Part shown: piece after piece, positions 58,771 through 64,000 of the stretch | Numbering within the stretch: the stretch's first letter is position 1 | How the letters are laid out: each line of letters starts with the position of its first letter | Source of the DNA: Myxococcota bacterium | GTDB taxonomy: Bacteria > Myxococcota_A > UBA796 > UBA2385 | Assembly (NCBI GenBank): GCA_044344255.1 | Contig: JBIJDH010000005.1 | Span: forward strand, 288,001 to 352,000 | Direction: 5' to 3' | Length of the DNA: 64,000 nucleotides | Translations under genes and position numbers: made by a program | Notes under the pieces: generated by a model | What the model was told of the DNA's origin: nothing | What the model saw: only the letters and a program-made list of their open reading frames with translations | The model's database searches: none

Positions 58771-59460
58771 TCAGCCTGGGTGGAGGCGGAGCAGGCGGGT
58801 CATCCGCGAGGGGGTGTCCTCGAGCTCGAGCAGGGTAGGGACCTCCCAAGTGCCCATCACTACGACGTCATCGGGGGGATAGGCCCGGCTCGGATCGCCG
58901 AGCAGCACAGGGATCCCCGATCGGGCGCAGCGGCGGAGGAAGGGCAGGACCCGCTCGACCATCGGCCGGCTGTAGCAGATGTCACCGGCGACGATCAGAT
59001 CGACCTCGGGCAGATCTCCATCGACGATGTCCTCGACCTTCACCTCGAGGGAGAGATCGTTGAGCCGGGCGTTGAGGCGGATCGCGGCGCCGGCGAGGGG
59101 ATCGATCTCGACCGCGGTGACCTGTGCGCCGAGGCGGGCGGCGGCGATCCCGCTCAGGCCCGAGCCTGCGGCGAAGTCGAGCACCCGACGCCCCGCCACC
59201 CAGGCCGGCTCTTCGAAGAAGCGTCGCGCGAGGAGGAGGGAGCCCGGCCAGGCGAAGGCCCAGTACGGGGGCTCGGCGCCGAAGCGCGGGAAGGCCGCCT
59301 CGGCGGCGATCCACAGCGGGGTGAGGGTGCCGGAGAGGTGGAGGCGGAGCTCGGGCAGGTACGGGTGGGCCTGGATGACGGTGTGGGCGACGACGAAGGC
59401 CTCCGCGACCGAGGGATCGGGGTGAGCGGCCGAGGCAGGGCCGCCGGCGAGCGGGCTCAT
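58771..59460 (-). CDS. Class I SAM-dependent protein methyltransferase (METTL20/Methyltransf_16-like)
   Basis: PPYWAFAW, VLDFAAGSG, AGDICY, GDP.R. Confidence 0.85.
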   Translation of the reverse strand: MSPLAGGPASAAHPDPSVAEAFVVAHTVIQAHPYLPELRLHLSGTLTPLWIAAEAAFPRFGAEPPYWAFAWPGSLLLARRFFEEPAWVAGRRVLDFAAGSGLSGIAAARLGAQVTAVEIDPLAGAAIRLNARLNDLSLEVKVEDIVDGDLPEVDLIVAGDICYSRPMVERVLPFLRRCARSGIPVLLGDPSRAYPPDDVVVMGTWEVPTLLELEDTPSRMTRLLRLHPG

Positions 59461-60269
59461 CGGGCGTCGAGCACCTTTCGGATCAAGGTCCGCGTGAAGC
59501 TCTCGCCGCTCAAGAAGGCGAGGCGGACCTCGTCGTCGGCGGGGCCGATGTGGGCTCGCACGATGGGCCCGAGGTCAACCCCGTCGGCCACCGCGCGCAC
59601 GGGGCGCCGCTCGGGGCTCTGGACCTCGATCTCGACGCGGGCGTCCGGCGGGAGGATGAGCGGCGAGAGCCGCGGCGAGTGGGGGCAGACGGGGGTGAGG
59701 AGCACCGCCCGCACCCGGGCGTGGCAGGGGGCGCCCCCCGCCGAGTAGCTGTAGGCGGTAGAGCCGAGCGCGGTGGCCACGAGGAGCCCGTCGCAGACGA
59801 GGCGGTTGACCACCGGCAGCCCATCGACGAGCACGCGGAGGTGGGCGGTCTGGCCGCTGCGCCGCTCGACGTAGAGGTCATTCATCGCCACGGCGGTGAA
59901 GCGCTGCCCGTCCACGCCCTCGGCCTCGAGGCGCAGGCGGGGGAAGCTGTGCGCGCTCCAGTCGCGGTCCCGGAGGGCGCGGGCGACGTCGGCGAGGTCG
60001 TCGGGGTCGTTGAGCAGGAAGCCGAGGTGCCCCGTGTTCAGCCCGAGGAAGACATAGCTGGGACCCAGCTCGCGGATGCAGGACAACATCCAGCCGTCCC
60101 CGCCCACCACGAGGCAGAGCTCCGGTGGCAGGGCGTCGAGGTCGGTGAGCTCACCCAGCCGCCGATGGAGGGCGCCGGCGCGCGGGTTGTTCGGATCGAC
60201 GCGCTGCATGGAGGGGAGGGGTCCTGAGGGGGAGAGCCGCTCGCCGGGGAGCGGAGGGGTGGCGGGCAA
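59457..60269 (-). CDS. nadK: NAD kinase
   Basis: GGDG, GHLGFL, ND, DGLLVAT.LGSTAYSYSAGG, PVCPH. Confidence 0.92.
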   Translation of the reverse strand: MPATPPLPGERLSPSGPLPSMQRVDPNNPRAGALHRRLGELTDLDALPPELCLVVGGDGWMLSCIRELGPSYVFLGLNTGHLGFLLNDPDDLADVARALRDRDWSAHSFPRLRLEAEGVDGQRFTAVAMNDLYVERRSGQTAHLRVLVDGLPVVNRLVCDGLLVATALGSTAYSYSAGGAPCHARVRAVLLTPVCPHSPRLSPLILPPDARVEIEVQSPERRPVRAVADGVDLGPIVRAHIGPADDEVRLAFLSGESFTRTLIRKVLDAR

Positions 60270-60429
60270 GCTACCTCGTTTTCACGGAGCTCGTCTGCGC
60301 GGACCTCGACTGGACGGGCCTCCTGCCTGTCCGCCGTCAGGCCAATGTGTTTCGGCGCAGGGCCTCCCCGGGCCCCATCCCGTTAGACTCCGGGGGCCGC
60401 CCCGCCGCGCCCCGCACCCGGGAGAGTTG

Positions 60430-61206
60430 ATGCTCCGCCACTTCCTCAATCCCCCGAATTGGTTCACCTCGGCCAGCCTCTTCTGCGGGCTCTACTCGGT
60501 CGTGCTCGCGACGGGGGTCCAGGGAGAGCCGAACTACTATCGGGCCGCCCTGATGATCCTCTTCGCGGCGGTCTTTGACACGATGGACGGAGCGGTGGCC
60601 CGGCTGACGCGCACGGGCAGCGACTTCGGCATCCAGCTCGACTCCCTGGTCGACGTCGTCTCCTTCGGCATCGCGCCTGCGATGCTGCTCTACACCTGGG
60701 GCGTACACTCCCTCGGCAACATCGGCCTCGCGGGGGCCTTCTTCTTCGCGCTCTGCGGCACCTTCCGCCTCGCCCGCTTCAACACCAAGGCGGACGGGAC
60801 GAAGTCGGCCTACACCGAGGGGCTGACCATCACGATGGCCGGCGCCACCGTGGCCAGCGCGGTGATGGCCCACGCGGCGAGCGGGCGTACGAACGTCGAG
60901 CACCCGCTCCACGTGCTGGTCCTCGCGGTGTCGCTCGCCCTGCTGATGGTGAGCTCGGTGCCCTACCGGAGCCACAAGTCGATTCGGCGGCGGAGCTACC
61001 TCGTCGTCTTCGTGATGCTCTTCCTCGGCACGCTGCTCACCATCGCCGTCCGCTACAACCTGAGCACGGCCTTCGTGAGCGTGCTGCTGGCCTACGGGGT
61101 CTCGGGGCCGCTGGAGGCGCTGCTGTTCCGCCGTCGGCGGCGGGAGCGGGGCCGCGATCCGGAGGCGGCTGTCGAGGAGCACAAGGCCGATGGTCCGGTG
61201 GGCTAA
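60430..61206 (+). CDS. pssA: CDP-diacylglycerol--serine O-phosphatidyltransferase
   Basis: PNWFT, DTMDGAVAR...SDFG.QLDSL.DVVSFG.AP, RLARFN. Confidence 0.92.
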   Translation: MLRHFLNPPNWFTSASLFCGLYSVVLATGVQGEPNYYRAALMILFAAVFDTMDGAVARLTRTGSDFGIQLDSLVDVVSFGIAPAMLLYTWGVHSLGNIGLAGAFFFALCGTFRLARFNTKADGTKSAYTEGLTITMAGATVASAVMAHAASGRTNVEHPLHVLVLAVSLALLMVSSVPYRSHKSIRRRSYLVVFVMLFLGTLLTIAVRYNLSTAFVSVLLAYGVSGPLEALLFRRRRRERGRDPEAAVEEHKADGPVG

Positions 61207-61256
61207 GGGGGCGACGCGGCGAGGCGGGGCTGCTGCCTCCGCCGCTGGAGACGGGT

Positions 61257-61721
61257 ATGTTCGCCGCTCGGGATGTCCTCTCGCTGTTCGCCACCTTCGC
61301 CGGGGTCTATGAGGGGGCCGGCCTCAACCCGGAGGGGCAGCCCTTCTCCGGGCGCCTCCACCTGCGCCCTCGCCTGGATGGTCGAGTCTACGAGCTCGAG
61401 TACGAGGCGATCGGCGCCGAGGGGGCCCGGATGCACCACGAGCTCGGCCTCGTCTCCGCGGGCCCCGACGGGCGGCTCGGCCTCTGGCTCATCCACACCG
61501 GCGGCACGAGCCTGATGTCTCACCCGCTCGAGGCCATCGAGCCCACGGAAGAGGGGGGATACGCCCTGGTCTTCGGGGGAGGAGACGCCCACGAGGGCTC
61601 GCGCTTTCGCATGCAGCTCACCCTCGGGCTCCACCCCGGCGGCGATCTCTCCTGGGGCCATGCCTGGGGCCTCCCGGGCGGGGAGCTCAGCGCGCGCTCG
61701 GCCTGTCGCATGAGCCGCTGA
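61257..61721 (+). CDS. Hypothetical beta-barrel-like protein
   Basis: GGAGA RBS; FAGVYEG.G start typical of lipocalin/DUF1579-like barrels. Confidence 0.6.
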   Translation: MFAARDVLSLFATFAGVYEGAGLNPEGQPFSGRLHLRPRLDGRVYELEYEAIGAEGARMHHELGLVSAGPDGRLGLWLIHTGGTSLMSHPLEAIEPTEEGGYALVFGGGDAHEGSRFRMQLTLGLHPGGDLSWGHAWGLPGGELSARSACRMSR

Positions 61722-61749
61722 TCGCCCCCGTGCTACAAGGGGGGTCGAT

Positions 61750-62154
61750 GTGCCATTGAAGCCTGATCTGTTCGCTCGACCCTCCCTCTCCCGCCCCTCC
61801 GCCTTCGCCTCCGACTATGGCGAGGTGGGTGGTTCGGGTGCGTCGAACCCCCTCGCGGTGGCCTCGCTCGTGCTCGGGATCTTGAGCTTCCTCGCCTGGG
61901 GCTGCTGCTGCCTCGGCTCGATCATCCCCTTCGTCAGCTTCCTCGTGATGGTCGTCGACTTCTTCCTCGCGGTGGGCGCCGTGGTCACGGGCGCCCTCGG
62001 GGTGAAGAGCTCGGGTGAGACGGGCACGGGCAAGGGCATGGCCATCGCCGGCATCGTGCTCGGCGCCCTCTCGCTCCTCATCCTGGCCGCCTGGGCGGTC
62101 TTCATGGTCTTCTTCGGCGGGCTCGCCGCCATCTCGGCGATCGCGAACCAGTAG
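61750..62154 (+). CDS. DUF4190-like membrane protein
   Basis: LAVASLVLGILS...GKGMAIAGIVLG. Confidence 0.75.
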   Translation: MPLKPDLFARPSLSRPSAFASDYGEVGGSGASNPLAVASLVLGILSFLAWGCCCLGSIIPFVSFLVMVVDFFLAVGAVVTGALGVKSSGETGTGKGMAIAGIVLGALSLLILAAWAVFMVFFGGLAAISAIANQ

Positions 62155-62175
62155 GGGCGGCACCGAGGGCCGCCC
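62155..62175. terminator. Hairpin between convergent genes
   Basis: GGGCGGC-N7-GCCGCCC. Confidence 0.4.
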
Positions 62176-62189
62176 ACCTTCGCCGCCTC

Positions 62190-62471
62190 TCAGCGGCGGA
62201 CCTCTGGGGGGGGGGCGCGGTCGTCCTCCTCCCAGTGGGCGCCGCCGCGGGCCTTCTTCATCAGAGGGGCGAGCCCGCGGTCCGTCAGGCGGGCCGCCAG
62301 CTCTCCCATCCGGGCGGGGTCGATGACGAGCTCGGTCTCGGAGACCCGCGCCAGCACGAAGTCTTCGAGGGAGATCGCCGCGGCCAGCTCGTCGATGGCG
62401 CGACGGTCGCGCACCACGAGCAGGGCCACGTTGCGGTGCGCGATCGTCCCCGGCGGCCCGCTTGTGCTCAT
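62190..62471 (-). CDS. Small XPB-coupled protein (p8/Tfb5-like pattern)
   Basis: ATGA overlap with the XPB stop; alternating beta/alpha pattern; native codon usage. Confidence 0.7.
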   Translation of the reverse strand: MSTSGPPGTIAHRNVALLVVRDRRAIDELAAAISLEDFVLARVSETELVIDPARMGELAARLTDRGLAPLMKKARGGAHWEEDDRAPPPEVRR

Positions 62472-64000
62472 GCGACGACCTCGATCTCGTAGGCGTAGCC
62501 CTGCTCCGTGAGGAATAGCTGCCGCTTCTCGGCGAATTCCTGCTCGGTGGTGTCGCGGCTCACGATGCTGTAGAACCAGGCGACGTTGCCGTCGCTCTTC
62601 GGGCGGAGCACGCGACCGAGGCGTTGGGCCTCCTCCTGGCGGCTGCCCCAGGTGCCCGAGATCTGGATGGCGACGTTGGCGTCTGGGAGGTCAACGCTGA
62701 AGTTCCCGACCCGAGAGATGACCATGACCGGCACCTCGCCCGTGCGGAACTTCCCGTAGAGCTCGTCTCGCGCCTTCTGGCGGGTGTCACCGGTGATGAG
62801 GGGGACGCCGATGCGGTCGGACATCTCGTGGAGCTGATCGAGGTACATGCCGAGGATCAGCACGCGGGCGCCCGGGTGGCGCGCGAGCAGGCTCTCGACG
62901 ACGTCCATCTTGCGGGGGTTCGTCGCGGCGAGGCGGAACTTCTCCTTGTCGTCGGCGATGGAGTAGATGAATCGGTCCTTCTCGGGGAGCTCCACCCGGA
63001 TCTCGGAGCAGCGGGCGGTGGCGATCCAGCCCTGGTGCTCGAGGTCGCGCCAGGGCACGTCGAAGCGCTTGGGGCCGATGAGCGCGAAGACGTCGCCCTC
63101 GTGGCCGTCCTCGCGCACGAGCGTCGCGGTCAGGCCGAGGCGACGGCGGGCCTGGAGCTGGGCCACCGAGCGGAAGACCGGCGCCGGGAGCAGGTGCACC
63201 TCGTCATAGACGATGAGGCCCCACTTCTCGAGGTCAAACAGCGCCATGTTCTGGAAGGTGTCCTGCTTGGACTTCCGCCAGGTGAGCATCTGGTAGGTGG
63301 TGAGCGTGATGGGCTTCACCTCCTTCCGTTCGCCCGAGTATTCGCCGACCTCGTCCTCGGTGAGGGTGGTCTTGTCGAGGATCTCATCCCGCCATTGGCG
63401 GAGCGCCGTCACGTTGGTGCAGAGGATGAGCGTGCGCATGCCGAGGCGCACGATGGCCGAGATGCCCACGATGGTCTTGCCGGCGCCGCAGGGCAGCACG
63501 ACCACGCCGGAGCCCCCCTCTCCGCCGGTGTCGGGGCCGGCGAGGAAGGCGGCCGAGGCCTGCTCCTGGTAGGTGCGCATGCTCCAGGCGGGGCCGGCCT
63601 TGCGCATGGGGCGGATCTGGATGGCGAGGGCGGCGCCGTCGGTGAAGCCCGCGAGGTCTTGGACGGGGTGGCCGACCTTGACGAGGGCCTGCTTGAGGAG
63701 GCCGCGGTTGCCTGGGCTCACCATGCTGCGGCGCTCGTCGACCTTGGCGTCGAGCAGGTCTCCGACGCCCTTCTGGCTGCGGACCTCCGCCATCAGCAGC
63801 GCGGTGTCGGCCTCGAGCACGAGCTCCTTGCCCTTGGCGAGCAGCCGGAGGCGCCCATACCGGGCCATCGTGTGCTGCACCCAGATCGGCACGTTGGGCG
63901 GGACGTCGTACTTCGACCAGGCGGTGAGGACCCCCACCACGTCTTCGGTCTTGGCGCCGGCCGCGGCGGCGTTCCAGAGCGAGAGGGGGGTGATCTTCCA
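62468..64000 (-). CDS. xpb: XPB/Ssl2/Rad25-like DNA repair helicase (5' end outside window)
   Basis: PLSLWNA at the window edge, R.YQ, LPCGAGKT, DEVH, LGLTATLVRED (RED motif), SRQEEAQRLGRVLR. Confidence 0.93.
   Translation of the reverse strand, partial: WKITPLSLWNAAAAGAKTEDVVGVLTAWSKYDVPPNVPIWVQHTMARYGRLRLLAKGKELVLEADTALLMAEVRSQKGVGDLLDAKVDERRSMVSPGNRGLLKQALVKVGHPVQDLAGFTDGAALAIQIRPMRKAGPAWSMRTYQEQASAAFLAGPDTGGEGGSGVVVLPCGAGKTIVGISAIVRLGMRTLILCTNVTALRQWRDEILDKTTLTEDEVGEYSGERKEVKPITLTTYQMLTWRKSKQDTFQNMALFDLEKWGLIVYDEVHLLPAPVFRSVAQLQARRRLGLTATLVREDGHEGDVFALIGPKRFDVPWRDLEHQGWIATARCSEIRVELPEKDRFIYSIADDKEKFRLAATNPRKMDVVESLLARHPGARVLILGMYLDQLHEMSDRIGVPLITGDTRQKARDELYGKFRTGEVPVMVISRVGNFSVDLPDANVAIQISGTWGSRQEEAQRLGRVLRPKSDGNVAWFYSIVSRDTTEQEFAEKRQLFLTEQGYAYEIEVVA

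Noticed and set aside
62206..62215. G10 homopolymer as a phase-variation switch
   Set aside because: It lies in the last few codons of the small gene, so slippage would change only the tail.

Overview
A very GC-rich (roughly 70-75% by eye), gene-dense bacterial chromosome segment. It is most likely from a Myxococcota-type organism, inferred from MYXO-CTERM-like tails, MopE/FG-GAP surface proteins and an AglRQS-like motor triad. About 56 CDSs are supported. Housekeeping genes include lon, ribF, aroE, pdxA, two parvulin PPIases, NAD kinase, pssA, glucan phosphorylase, an lgt-like gene, ygfZ, an M16 peptidase pair and GT4 enzymes. There are many acidic, Cys/Asp-rich surface lipoproteins, several signalling proteins, an orphan N6-adenine methyltransferase, a Ski2-like DUF3516 helicase and a partial XPB helicase. 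No rRNA, tRNA or CRISPR array was seen. The most notable observations are: (1) a 93-aa protein translationally coupled to XPB whose residue pattern resembles TFIIH p8/Tfb5; (2) a Ski2-like helicase followed 3 nt later by an Smr-domain protein, a possible ribosome-rescue pair; (3) a lower-GC island at 38.5-40 kb carrying a PLD-family/Zn-ribbon gene and a 348-bp IS21-like non-autonomous element with ~50-bp inverted ends and a 5-bp target duplication, bounded by a decayed copy of the neighbouring gene; (4) a hairpin-dense 264-bp region between lon and an L,D-transpeptidase gene. All functional calls come from recognising motifs by eye; no searches were run.
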